A DNA stretch of 64,000 bases from Monocercomonoides exilis PA203 (taxonomy: Eukaryota; Protista; Preaxostyla): positions 1,488,001-1,552,000 of the forward strand of contig LSRY02000004.1 in assembly GCA_001643675.2 (NCBI GenBank), in the 5' to 3' direction. A program made the translations under genes and the position numbers. The first letter of the stretch is position 1. Each line of letters opens with the position of its first letter. The notes below the pieces were generated by a model. That model searched no databases. It was not told where the DNA came from and saw nothing but the letters and a program-made list of their open reading frames with translations. This document shows positions 43,701 to 57,500 of this stretch, piece by piece.

Positions 43701-46700
43701 CTTTTCCGCCTCTCTTCTTTTCCCTTCTTCTTCAATCTGCATTTGTCTGTCTTCTCTTTCCTTCTGCACCAAATCCATCACTTTCTTGATCTTCTCCTCT
43801 TTTTCGTTTAGTTCCATTCTTCTTCTCTCCAACTCCACCAACTTTCTCTTCACCATGTCACTTTCTTTCTCCCTTTCCTCTTGCTTCCTTTTCTGTTCTT
43901 CTTCTTTCTCCTTCTCCATCGCCTTTGCCTTCCTCTCCAGCTCAATCTTCATCTTTTCCACTTCCCTCACTCTGTTTTTCTCTCTTTCGCCCATCATTTT
44001 GAACTCTTCATCGACCCTTTCTTTCAATTCTTTGACTTTCTCCTCTTTCTCTTTGTCTTTCTTCTTCAGCATCATCAGCCCCATTGCCATTGCATCTCTT
44101 TCTTCTTTCATCTGCTTCACTTCTTCTTCCTTTTCTTCTCTTTCTCTGCTCATTTCTTCCTTCTCTCTTGCAAACTCTCTCTTTTCTTTCTCTCTTTTCT
44201 GCTTCAGAGATTCCAAATCTTCGTTTAATTTGCCCAGCAATTCCTCAAATTCCTTTGTTTGCTCTTCATATTCTCCTTTCGCCCTCTTTGATTCAACTTT
44301 CAACCGTCTTATTTCTTCTTCTTTTTCTTCTTTCTGCAAATTCAGCTCATCCACAACTTGTTGCAGCTCTGAATTTTTCATTCTTTCCTCTCTGAAAACT
44401 TTCTCCTTCTGTGAAATTTCTTTCTTCAGCTCAAGAACGTTTGCTTGGAACTCTTCCTCCCTCTTTTCTTCTTCTTCTTTCATCATCTTTATCTCTCTCT
44501 CAAACTCTGCCTGCTTCTTCTCTTTCTCTTCTTTCTCCTTTGCCAACCTCTTTCTCTCTCTCTCTTCCCTTTCCTCTTCTTCTCTCTTCTTCTCTTCTTC
44601 TCTTTCTCTTCGTTCTTCTTCAATTGTGCTCTGAAGCTGACCAACAACTCTTTCATTTTCCTTCCTCTCTTTCTCTCTTTCTTTCAATTCTCGTTCCCTC
44701 TCTTCCTTTCTCTCTTCTTCCTCTTTCTTTCTCTCTTCCTCTTCTCTTTCTTTCTCCTCCTCTCTGCTCTTCTGCTCTTTGATAATCTGTTCTCTTGCTT
44801 CTTGTATCATACTCAATAGATTCATCCTGCTTTCTTCGTCTTCTTTCTCTTTCTTCATTCTTTCGCTTTCCATTTCTTCAATGCTGTTCTTCAATATCTT
44901 AATATCTTCCTCTTTCTCTTTCAAGGAATTTTCAAGCTCCTCTTTTTCTCTTGTTAACTTGAACTGCATTTCCTCTTTGCTCATCCTTTCTTCATTCAAA
45001 GTCTGAGAAATCAATTCAATTTCTTCTTCTTTTCTTCTCTCTTCTTCCTTCCTTAACTTCTCTTTCTCTTCCTCTTCTTCTTTCCTTAATCTTTCCTTTT
45101 CTTCCTCTTCTATCCTCCTCTTCTCTTCTTCTTCCCTTCTTATCTTCTCTTCTTCTTCTTTCTCTCTGTTTCTCTCTTCTTCCCACTCTTTTTCTCTTCT
45201 CGTTCTTTCTTCCTCAAATTGGCTCATCAATTTCAATATCTTTTCTTGATTTTCCTGTTTAATTCCTTTGATTTCTTCTTCTTTTTCACTCATTTCTATC
45301 AAATGCTGCTCTTTTTCTTCTTGCTTCTCTTGTCTGCTGATTTCTCTCTCTTTCTCTCTTTCGTTCCGCTCTCTTTCAAGAACTGACTGAACTTTCGACA
45401 CATCTTCCTTCAACAAGTTGATTTGCTCTTCCAACTCCCTCTTTTCTCTTTCTCTTTCACACTTTTCTTTTGCTTCAGCTTCTTCTCTTTCTTCTCTTTC
45501 TTTTCTGTCGTTTTCTTCCTTTTCTTCTCTTTCCTTCTTTTCCTTCTCCATTTTCTCCTTCTCTTCCTCTATTTCTTGAGCAAGCTTCTTATTTTCTTCT
45601 TCCAAATCTTTGCATTTTTGATTGCTTTGTGTCAATTCATCCTTAATCATTGCAATCTCATCCTCCTTTTCCTTCATCTCTTTCTCTCTTTCAACAACAT
45701 TTCGTTCTATTTCTTCTTTTAATCTCCTTTCTACCTCTTCTCTCTCTTCACCCTTCTCCTTCATTGCTTTGTCGAGTTGCTCTTTCCATTCATTTTCTGT
45801 TCTGCTCAGTTCTGCTTTCTTGTCTTCTGCGTCTTTTTCCATTTTCTCTGTTAATTCATTCAACTTCTTGTTAGCCATTTCAATTTCTTCGTCTTTTTCT
45901 TTATTGCTTTGCATCAAGCTTCCTCTCTCATTTTCCATTTTCTCCGTTTCTGCTTTGTGTTCTTCGTCTTTTTCCTGCATTTGCCTTTTGACTTGTTCGT
46001 TGTCACTCTCAATCGCAGCAATGTTTCTTTCCATTTCTTCGTTTTTCTCTGTTAATTGATCTCTTTCTTCTCTGACTTTCTCCAAATCATTTTGCAATTC
46101 TTTCTGCTTGCTCTCATTCTCTCTTTCTTTTCTTTCCATTTCTTCTTCCTTCTCACGAATTGTCGCAGACAGCTCGCCAACTTCCTTTTGAAGAGAATCA
46201 ATTTGAGATTTTTGAAGTGCAATATCTTCCTCTTTCTTTGTCAATGCTTCATTAAGCTCCTTTTCTTTGTCTAGTTGTGCTAATTCTGTTGTTTTTGATG
46301 TGTTTTCAAACAATTTTCGCATTTCTTCCTTTTCGTTCTCCTTCTTCTCAATCTCCTTCTTCATTTCTTCCTTCTCTTTCTCAAACTCATTTTCTGTCTC
46401 CTTAAATTTCGATGCCATTTCTTCCATTTCCTTTTCTTTGTTCTGAAGCACTTCTCTCAGCTTCTCCTGCTCCTGCTTCGAATTCTCTATTTCTGCTCGG
46501 CTTTGTTCAAGATCATTCTTTGCCTTTGCTAATTCTTCATCAAGTTGCTTCACATTTGCCTGTTTTTCGTTTAATTCATTTGAAAGCTTATTGTTTTCTT
46601 CCTTTCTTCTTTCGCATTCTGCTTGCGTTTCCTGCAATTCCTGTTTCAATTTATTGTTTTCTTCTGTTTGTTTATTCTTCTCTTCTTCAAATTCTTCTCT

Positions 46701-49443
46701 TTCCTTGCTCTTTTCCTTCAAGTTACTCTCTTCTCTGGACTTCATCTCATTTTCCATCTTTGCAAGTGCTTCTTCTTTTGCCTTCAGCAATTCATTTTGC
46801 TCTGCTGTTTCAAACTGAAGCCGATTTATTTCGCTTTGTAATTCTTCCAAGCTTGCTTCTTCTTCCTCCAGTTTCTCCTTCATTTCACTGATTATTTCCT
46901 TCTGCTGTGCAATTTCATTCTCATTCGCATTCAACATGTCAACAACATAACACAACGCTTCTTCCTTGTGCATCGCTTCTTCCTCTCTCTTCTCATCCTG
47001 CTTTTCTTCCTCTTCCGCATTTGCATCGTCAGTTTCCTTTTTGATTCTCTCCATCTCCTCCACAATTATCCTCAGCCTCCGCACCTCTTTCTTCAGAATC
47101 GCCACTTTCTCTCTCTCCGTCTCTTCCCTCCTCTCCGCCTCCATCAGCTCCCTCACCTTCTGCTTCGTCTCGTCTTCCCAAAACTGCCCGTTCTGCCTCT
47201 CTTTCTCCATCGACCGCTCCCACTCCTTGTCAAACTCATCCATCTTCTCTGCCAGCTGAGCCGCAATGTCTTCTGTCTGCGCAATTTCTGCGTTTTTCTC
47301 TTCCAAAAGCTGCGAAAGCGTCGTGTTCACCATGTTTTCTGAGTGCAGCAGGTGGGAAAGCTGCCTGATGTGCGCTCCCAAGTTGCACAGGCGCTTCGAA
47401 AAGCCCTTGCACACAGCGTGGAAGTCCTCCTCTGCCGATGCGAGGATGGCTTGGTGCTGCGCAAGCGAGATGAATGAAGACGGGGAAGGCGAAATAGCAC
47501 GCTGCAGAAATGGATTGCGCGAGTTTGGAGAGAAACAGCCAGACGAAGTTAGAACTGAAGACGAGGTAGACGAAGGTGCAAGCTGGGAAGGCGAAGGCGG
47601 AGGCGGAGGAGAAGAACAAGGTGGAGAGACAGGAGGATAATTCATGTCGAATGCAGAAGATGCAGAAGGGCCAGATGAAGGAGAACGAGGAGAACCAGGT
47701 GACAGAGGAACAAACAGCGGGCCGCTGAGAGTGGAAGGCGGGAGCTGCTCTTGTGCGAAGCCAGAAGAGAATGAATCTGGTACGAGAGAGGACAGTTGCT
47801 GGCTGGGAGACAAAACTGTGGGTGATGTTGGCGTTTGAATGAAGAGTGCTTCTTTGAGCTCTTGCGGTGCAGTAGAAGAAAACGCAGATGAAGGAGACGA
47901 AGACAAAGAAGAAGATGTTGTTGAGAGAGATTTCAGCTGATTTTGCTCTTCTGTCGACAGCTGAGAAGCAAGCGAAGATGGTAGTGAAGTTGTTAGCTTG
48001 ACTGTCACTTTCCTTCCCGTCTTTGCCTCAGGTACCTCTTCTTTCACCTCTTTCTCTTCTTTCTCCTCCTCTTTCTCCTTTTTCTCACTTTTTCCCCTTC
48101 CTTCCTCGTCCTCTTGCTCGTCCTCTTGTTCTTCGTCGTCCTGCCCTTCTCTCGTGCGATATCTCCTGTTCTCTGCTAAATCTCGCTCATTCTTTATTCT
48201 GATTGCTTCTTCCTCCAGCCTCTCTCGAATGCTCTCCATCATCTCCACACCACTTGGCCCATCCACAAGAACTGCCTGTGTATGGCTCTGCTCTTTCGCT
48301 CCTTCTGCTGAGTCTGCTTCTTCTTCACTGTTCTTCTCTTCTTCCTTCCTTTTCATGTTTAACGCTTCGTGTTGTGTCAGTATCGGTAAAGTTTCTTCTT
48401 CTTCTTCTTTCATTTTTTCTTTTCCTTTCTTATTTTTTTTCTTTTTCTTTTTCTCTTCCATCTCCTTCTTTCTTTTAATTTCTCTTTCCCTCTTTTTCCG
48501 CAGCTGATCTACAATTCGATCTAATTCTCCAAATGGTCCGATCCAAAATTTTTCATCTTCAAATTCGTTATTATCGCCATATTTCTCCATTTTTTTCAAT
48601 ATTTGATCGATTTCATCTTCTTCTTCGGATTTATCACGCTTTTCATCTTCGATGTCCGAGTTAACATTACCTTTTAGTTCAAATCCAATTTTTTTATTTC
48701 CAGCTTTTTCATTAGATGTTCCACTATCTATCTCATGAGCCTCTTTTCTGACTTGATTTCCCGCCCAAACTCCGTGATACTTTGCAAGCTTTGCATCAAG
48801 CCCTGTGATAGTATCACGAAGATTTCTATTTTCTTCCATTTGTTGATTCAGTTGCTGTGATATTAATTCGAAATCTTGTAATTTTGTGCTAACTTTTAAA
48901 AATTTTTCGAAATCTTCAAGTGATATTGTTACGGTTTCTGGTTGCTCTTGATTTTCCGTAAGTTCACCATCTTTTTGTTCTTCTTTTTGTGCAGAAGTAT
49001 CAGATTCTTCAACTGAAGTTGGCGAAGAAATATCATCGTCCATAAGCACATTATCTTCGCCTTCCGCAGAAAGGCGAGCCCCACTAAATGATTCCACAAA
49101 TTCATTATGCATAGTGCTATCAGAATCTGTTGATGATTTTGAAATTTCTTGCTGTTGAAAAGAAGAATCATCTTCAACTGATAAGTTCTGAGTTTGTGGC
49201 TCTTCTGTGTTTAAAATAAATAACAAACAAGAGAATAATATTAGAAAATATTCATCAAATAGCGTAAATTGTATGTATTGCATTTTGAAAATTTCAGAAG
49301 AGAAAAATAAGTAAAAATCCCAAGCAAATTTTTGCATTAATTATAAATTAACAAATCATACCTATAGCTTCTTTGTCCAATTGATTAGATATTTTATCTT
49401 CTTCCTTGCCATTTAATATATTGTCTACGTGTTCAATAGACAT
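40800..49443 (-). CDS. Very large (~2800 aa) E/K/R-rich coiled-coil protein, probably cytoskeletal/structural; one 5' intron
   Basis: ATG at 49443 (MSIEHVDNILNGKEE...); intron 49361-49205 (GTATG...CAG) joins in frame to the long ORF. Roughly 1600 aa of heptad/charged helix flanked by Ser/Pro-rich segments. Confidence 0.8.
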
Positions 49444-49660
49444 TTCAATGAGGAAAAAAACACTTTTTTATGATCAGTTTAAAAGCTGACCATTATAAAT
49501 CATTTTTGGAGATGAATGAAAAAAAGAAATTTTTATTAACAATCATTTTTTTTCAAAACAATTGGATTTCAAAATTATTATTTTCAAAAATTTCTTTTAT
49601 CATGAAAATGTTTTCATATGTTGTTTCCCACAATTAATCTTAGAAATTGCCAAGAACAAA

Positions 49661-51986
49661 ATGGATGCAACTGAGCAACCGGTTGTGATGCAAACGCAGG
49701 CAATGGAGGAAGATAGCACGCAAAATGCTTCGAACGACAATGTGTGGGGATTGCTTCGCTCGAGTAATCCAAAACTGGGAAATGTGAACATTGAAAAAAG
49801 TGAAATAATTATTGGAAGGCATCGTCGTTGCGATATTGTTGTTGATGATCCAAGAATAAGTTCAAAGCATTGCAAAATATATCTTGCTCCAGGAGGAATT
49901 CATGGGGAGACTGCCTTTCTTTTAGATACTAGGTATCAATTCATTTTTATTTGTTTCAACTTATTAATAATTCTTTAGCACAAATGGAACTTATCTAAAT
50001 AAGAAAAGAGTTTGTGGTAAATTTGATATTTTATTTTAGCCTTAATGTATTCATTGCTAATTTATCTTGTATTCACAATAGATGGGGAAAGATGTTCAAC
50101 TAATTCTGAAAGAAGGGGATGTGATTGATCTTCTTGCTCCATCACTTCAAAAGAAAGAACAGTACCCTCTTGAATTGTATTTCATGTACAATGACAAGAC
50201 ATTTTTTCAGCGAAGAGTACTTACTCATCCAGGAGATATACGCTTTTCTGAGGAATATGAATTAAGTGACCCAATAGGTTCAGGAAATTTTGGATTGGTG
50301 AGGCTTGGAATCAGGAAATCAACTGGGCAAAAAGTTGCAGCAAAGTTGATTGATAGAAAGAAAATGGTTCATTCTCCTGATCCTTCGCGACAAAACAAAG
50401 TTCTTGAAGAATTTTCCATTATGAAGGCAGTAAAGCACCCTCATATTGTTGAGGTTATCGACGGATGGGAAGGCTCAACAGTCAATTATTTGATAATGGA
50501 GTAGTTTGCTTTGCTGTTTTTTTTTTTATTTATAATTTATGTTTGGCATGCAAAATCTTTTTACTACTTTTTCAGTGTGCCTGGAGGAGAGCTGTTTGAT
50601 GTTATTAGCAGGGGACCACTTTCTGAATCAATTGCGCTGAAATATTTCCGGCAAATGCTTTCAGCCGTGCAATATCTTCACAGGCTTGGCATCGTGCATC
50701 GTGATCTTAAACCAGAAAATATTCTTCTTGATGGCCCTATCGTTGGAGAAGCTTCTATCAAAATTACTGATTTTGGAGTTTCTCGAATGGTAGGAAGAGG
50801 AACATTCAATGCAACTTTATGCGGAACTCCAGAGTATCTTGCACCTGAAATGCTTATGAATCAGAATCGGATGCATGCAACAAAGCAGATTGATATGTGG
50901 AGCTTGGGCGTGTTGCTGTACATTATGCTTTCAGGCTCTCCGCCTTTTTCTTCGGAATATCATCAAAACAGGCGGCGCCACGAAGAACATAGAAGAGAGC
51001 AGATGCAAAATGCACAAAATCAAAAAGATGGAGAGAGGAGCGAGAAAAGGAACGCAGAAGGAAAAGAAGAATCTAAAGCGAAGGTTGAAGGACAAGCTGA
51101 ATACAGTTCATTTCAACCAGCTTGGGAAAGTGATGCTCCTGTTTCTTTGCCCGAGCAGATTTTGAGAGGAATGTATTCATTTCCTGCTTCGCAGTGGAGC
51201 GGAGTGAGTTCAGAAGCGGAGGATATGGTCAGACGCTTGCTGTGCGTTGATGCTTCAAAGAGAATAACTGCAGACGAAGCTGTTGAACATGAATGGATTA
51301 AAAGTGGGGAAGGAAAAGACGAAGTCACATTTCTGAAGAAAGATGATGTATTGGAACAGATCGTCGCAGATGAATTTGAAGAAGAAGGGAAAGAGAATGA
51401 AGAAGAAGAAGAAGAAGAAGAAGAAGAGGAAGGAGCTGAAGAGGAAGAAGCAAATAAGGAAGAGGAATCAAAAATGGATATTGAACCAAATAAAAAGAAT
51501 TCTGACAATAATCTGACAACAGATCATGATGGATGTGCACCAACGCCTCGACACAGAAGAATTGCATCAAAGAGAACTGGAAAAAAACAGAAAGAGAAAG
51601 AAAAGCCAGCAACCCCAACAGTTGCACAAAGAAAGATAGATCACGAGCAACATCCTCTTTTAATGATATTAGGAGATGAAGAAGCAAAGAGAGAGAAAGA
51701 GAATAATGAAAATAGAGAATCAGGATGCGTTAAAAGATTGATGAGCAGCTATCAGCAAAAGGAAGAAAAGAATCAGGATATTAATAATGATAAGAACGCT
51801 GAAAGTGAAGATGAACGCAAAGATGAAGAAGAGGAAAAAGAAACATGTTCAATTCAGCCGAGCGAATTTGCAAGCAAGCGTTTAAGAAAAGAAGATGAAA
51901 GTATCAATGAAATGAAATGCAAATGTTTGAATAACTCTTCAGATTTTATCAGAAATGAGCATGCGGTAAAATCAATTACATTATAA
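49661..51986 (+). CDS. CHK2: CHK2/Rad53/Cds1-like FHA-domain Ser/Thr kinase, 4 exons
   Basis: N-terminal TQ motifs. FHA domain: IIIGRHRRCD...ISSKHC...DT|STNGTYLN. Kinase: GSGNFG, VAAKLI, HRDLKPENILL, DFG, CGTPEYLAPE, DMWSLGVLLY. Confidence 0.88.
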
Positions 51987-52024
51987 GACTTTACAGAAAG
52001 AGATATAAATATTTTGTTTGAACA

Positions 52025-52117
52025 TCTTTTCTTTATGTTTTCTTTTCTTTTCTTTTTTCTTTTTTCTTTTTTCTTTTTTCTTTTTTTCTTTTTTTCTTTT
52101 TTCTTTTTTTCTTTTTT

Positions 52118-52151
<34 letters not shown>

Positions 52152-52178
52152 ATTTTTTTTTAATTTTTTTTTTTTTTG
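52025..52178. repeat. T-rich (TTTTTC)n / poly-T tract downstream of the kinase gene
   Basis: Direct reading. Confidence 0.85.
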
Positions 52179-52479
52179 TTGTGGAATATTTTTGACTAAA
52201 TAATTATATATTTGCTTTTGCTTTTTAGCATTAGCAAAAATCTTTTTGGAGTTGCTTTTACAACTCAAAGCTTTAGATTTTTTCGCTTCACAACATTTCT
52301 TCAATTAAGGAACATAATTAGAAATTGTTATTGCTTTATCTTTACACCAGTTATTATTATTCAAAATGAGAATTTTTGAATAATTTTAATTCAATTCAAT
52401 CATTTGTAATATCTTTTCGTAATTTATAAATTTTCATTCTCAACTTCTTTTTTCAAACAAAAGTTAAGTATGTGGAGTG

Positions 52480-54110
52480 GAATACATATGGGACAAAATT
52501 TTTTGATTTAAGAATTTTGTTCCATTCTTCTCTAACACATATTTTTCTCAGTTTTGAATTTTTCTGTATTTTTTTTGACATAGGAATGCAAGATTTCTCA
52601 TGATAAGGTTGTGAAAATAGTTTGGAACAAATAGTTGTTTTTTTCATAAGAGAGAAAAATTTGCCACGTATATTTAAGCTATTTTAATTTTTATTTTATT
52701 TTTATTTTTATTAAATTCAATTTTGTTTCATTATTTTTGCACAAAGCATTAAATCTTTGTTTCGCTCATTTCTTTATTAAACTTTCTCAGATTTCAAAAA
52801 TAATTTGGATTTTCATATGGGTGATTGTTTTTGAAATCATAACTTTTTTCGGAGTGAAGATTTTACAAACGTTGTTTGTCTTTTGGAAGAAGTTTTGAAT
52901 GCAAATGATATATTTTTTTTTGAAATACAGTTTTGATAAAATTGTTTCAGCTGAAATGAAGAAGAAGATGTTAATGTTAATCCTTTTAACTTTCACAGTG
53001 TTCATAAAGTTCCATTCTAGTGAAAAATTTGAACCAAAAAATGATGAATGAAAAAAATTGATTAAAAGGATCACACATATCTGCACATAAACTTCATTTT
53101 TCAAATAACAAAATGTTTTGTGACCTCACATATTTTACAAAAATAGATCCGATGTTTATTGAATTTATGTTTTCAAAATGTTCATACAGTGAAAATAGTT
53201 TTTCATTGAAAATGACTGAAGAGTACTGTTATTCCCCATGAAGGTGATTATTATTGATATTCAAACTTTTTTTTGAAATATTTCCTCTTCAAGGAAAAAA
53301 ACTTTGAAGAGGAATTATTTATTATATGGGGCACAATATTTCACTTCAGGCTTATTCATTGAAAAATTTTGCCCTTTTCATAGACTTTTTGAGATCGAAA
53401 AACACAAATAAAACTGGTTCATTTTTTGACAAATGCGGAATGCCACAAAACTTTATGTTTCAATTTCAATGATCTCTGTTTACGGATATGAAAATCAAAC
53501 TTATTTTGAAATCTGAGAAAGCGATATAAAGTTACAAGAGAATCAATTTTTCGATGCCAAGTGCAAAAAAAGATTGAAAGTCCGAATTTTCCTCCATATT
53601 GTCTAAATATTTTTTTAAAAGTTCCTTTTGTTTAATTTTCTAAATAAAATAAAAATTTCATTTTACAATTAATTTTCTGTTCCCATTCACAAAACTTCAC
53701 TAAAATAGTATTAATAACATTTTCAAGATTTTATTTTTTTGACAGGAAAATTTGATGAGTGGGAACAGAAATTGAATCAAAATGTGAAATTTTTATTTTT
53801 ATTGAATATTTAACAAAAGGAACTTTACAAAAAAATTGACATATTTAAAAAAAAAAAAAAAATATTATTTTAGTATTTTTTGCAATTACAGAAAATATCA
53901 TACAGTCAAAAGAAAAGCATTTTGTCATATGTGCTTAAAAAATTAAATATGGTGCGAAATTTTTGGCTATATGAATTGTATTCCCTTAAATACTAACTAA
54001 TGCTTTTCTTTATTTTTCTTTATTTTTTTTTATATTATTCAAAAAATATTTGGGTGATTATTTTTGAAATCATAACTTTTATCGGAGTGTTGAATCTGCA
54101 AATGTTCTTT
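52480..54110. repeat. Second field of diverged ATGGG...CCCAT MITE-like units (B copy 53326-53597, A copy ~53600-53845, further related starts at ~52816 and ~54050)
   Basis: Homology to 25053-25642 in inverted orientation; GGGTGATT.TTTTTGAAATCATAACTTTT.TCGGAGTG occurs at both ~52818 and ~54052. Confidence 0.65.
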
Positions 54111-54578
54111 TTATTTGGAGAGGAATTATTCATTTCGAAGAAAAAAGAATAATAATTGTTGAAAAACAAATGTTAGATATTTTTTTTAACGAAAAAATAT
54201 TATTGTTGAGAATTTTAACTTTTTCGTGTTCTTTTATTTATATTCGAAGTGAATGTTCAAATGGAAATTTTTTATTGTTAAAACTTTATTTCGAAAATTG
54301 TCACTTATTTTTAATATTGCATTATAACGAAAAAACTATAATGATATAAAAGTTGTTAAAATTTCGAACAAAATGTTGTTTTATTTTCTAATGCAAAAAT
54401 TATGCACCAAATGATATTTTTAAAATCAAAAATTTTCTATCCATATAAATTCGGCATTCCCAAAATATTAAATGTTTTCTTTTTTTAATCTATCTAGTAT
54501 AAATAATCTGTTCACTGATCGATTTATTGAAGAGGGGCAGGAATTGCACAAAAAACAGTCAAAAGCATTATTTCTTTC

Positions 54579-57500
54579 ATGTTTTCTTTCATTTTGCTTC
54601 TTGTTCTTTATGGAGCAATTTGTGCCTCGGATATCCCCGAAAAAAATGATGTGGATCAGAGAGAGTTATTTGTTTGTCACAGCTCAGAAATAAAATGCAA
54701 TCACAATTGCAAAAAAGTTTCTTCAAATCACTGTTTCACAAGCATTCTGGTGCACAAAGGCACAAGCCTGGCCACGTTTATTGTTGGGCAAAATGTTTCG
54801 GTGAACTTTTCTGAAATAACTTTTCAGCACATTGGCCAGAACTGTGCTCTTTCTTTAAAGCTTTCACACAGTTTTCTTTTGCACTGTAATTTATTCCTCC
54901 AAGAAAATACAAATGCGCCAGACTTGTCACTTCTAGAAAGCAGCCTTTCCATTAGAAACATTAGTTTAACTCCCATCAACAAAAAGATGGAAATTCCTCC
55001 ATTGGCCAGTGTTCTTCCATCGTTTGACTCCACATCATGCTCTTCACTCGAACTGTCGCATTCTTCCTTTTCATCATTTCCAATGCTTTCTTGTCCCTTT
55101 TTGTCTGCACCATTGCTATCATTTGTTCATGTGTGGGACTCTTCATTTGCAAACATTACAGCCAACTTCTCCAAATATCAATCGCAACATAATCCAGAAA
55201 AACAATCTTCCATCTTATGCAGCTGTTATTTTCACACGGTTGACAATGTGTTTGATGGGGGCATTGCCCAATCCATCAATGATCCTTCCCATTCGCTCAT
55301 TTCATGCAACAACACCTTAATTTCTTGCTTCCGCTCTGCCAATGACAATTACACAAACAATAAACAAATGGATCACATCAAAATAAAAGAAGGAGATCAC
55401 TTATTCAAAGATTGTGAGTGGCATTCCTCTGGTTCTGATTATACTGGTGGTGCAATTTCTTTTGAAAATCAGTTAACAAGTTCAATTGTTATTGATTGCT
55501 GTGTTTTTGAAAATTGTTTTTCTTTTGACAAAGGTGGGACCCTGTACACTGTTAATATAAAAAAACAAGTTATTAAAAATTCTCGAATTGAAAACTCAAC
55601 AAGTTGTTACGGAGGTGGAATTTTCTGTGGTCAAATAGCAAGTGCTATTTCGTTTTTTAACATTAGTAATTGTAAATGCAATGCAACAACAGGTGTTGGT
55701 GGAGGAATGAGTTGGAGATACGCAGGAAAACATGTGACCTTGGATAACGATTCACTCTCATTTGGTGCAATGTTATTCAACTATTCGTTCAATGGTTGTG
55801 ACTCAATTTGCACATATGGTGGTGGACTGTCGATATATGAGCCGATCAACGAATATCCGGTTCTTCGTGAATGTTTGTATCAAAAATGCAATTCACGGCA
55901 ATATGGAGGAGGATTGTATTACAATGTGCATCAATTGACGCCTGAAAATGCAACACTTTTGTTTTATTGCCTTTTTGTCAATAATGTGTCACCAAATGGG
56001 GATGATATCTATTTTGGTGATGGTTATTTCCGCCTTCAAGCAAATCCATTATGCGGATGCGCATCACAGACAAAATCTTCGACAAGGCTTGTCATATACA
56101 CAGATCAGCTGCGCCAACACTCTGAATGGCTCGAGACGCATGCAGGCATTTATACTGATGGAACCAAAGGGAACAACAGATCAGCAAGCTGTGGGGTATC
56201 TGAAGGCAATCCGTGCAGGACCATAGCATATTCTTTTGCCATGCTACTCCGCTACAATTCATCTTCAATTATTCTGTTGAACTCAACTTTTGACAGCGAG
56301 CCAGACACAATCAATGTTGGGACAAGCACCAGACAGATAACGGGAATCGGGCGAGAAGAAGTGATGCTTAGCTCTGCGCATCTTCCAAGCGCTCATCCGT
56401 TGTTCGCCGTTTCAACAGGTTCACTTACAGCTGCCAATTTCACTATTGTGCACGCTCCATCAAGTGGTAGTTCTGTTCTGTTTTTCTTGAGCTCAACAGG
56501 GACAATGACTCTTGATTCCATCAGTGTGAAACGATCGACAGCAGATGCTTTAGTACTTTTTCAGGCTGCCCTGCTTTGCTGCAGAAATGGAGGCGTAGCA
56601 ACAATTTGCAACACCAATATGGCTAACTTTTCGTTTTCTGGCTGTCCTGCAATACTCTGCGATCATTCGAGCATGACTTGTGCGAATTGCTCTCTCTCAA
56701 GCATGAAGTCGGAACGTGACAGCGGTGCTGGGATCAATATCTCTGTTGGTGCGCAAAACTCGTTTGTATCAAACAACACAACGCTAGTTGGGTGCGAGTG
56801 CTCGAAAGGCAACGGCGGAGGTATCTCAATAGTCCACCAAAGTGGAGGCAGAATCCGAGTCGAAGGTTTAGCAGGATTTGCCACTTTTTCAGCATGCACA
56901 GTTCCTAAAGACGAGGCATCCAAAGGAAAAGGTGGAGGGATTTTCATCCACACAAAAGAATATATCTGTGATGCGTGCCTATCCAAAGTATCATTTGCTG
57001 GTTGCGATGGCTGGAAAGGGAAATGTGTGTTTTACGATGCAGTCGAGCTCAGTGCTGTTGTGAAGAACACCACATTTGACTTCAATATGGATGAAATGAA
57101 TGACGACGATCTTATGGGGTTTGAGGCTGACTTCCGCGCACAGCCTGTTCCGTTAAAAGCTTATTTACTCCAAGAGGACGGATGTGGGTGCGTAGGAGGC
57201 TTAAACAAGAGAGATTTCAAAGGTTGTGGATCGTCTGTGTATCCTTGTGAAACAATCAGCTGGGTTGTGAACTTAAAGTTCCCATCCCAAAAGCGGGAAA
57301 TCCAACTTCATGACAGCTTTCGATGGACAGAACACATCACCATGGATCAGAGAGAATGGGACGTTAGATGCATTGAAAGAGGCGGAAAAATAAATGTGGA
57401 TCTCTCCCAAAATCAAAAGGCTGTGAGTATGATTGAGACAAAGAACCTCGTAAGCATATCCAACATGAGCTTTTTCGCAGCTTCTTCAATCGAAGGCATC

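Noticed and set aside
49205-49337. ORF-track start MQKFAWDFYLFF for the coiled-coil gene
   Set aside because: Lies in an intron (GTATG at 49361 to CAG at 49205); a better ATG is at 49443
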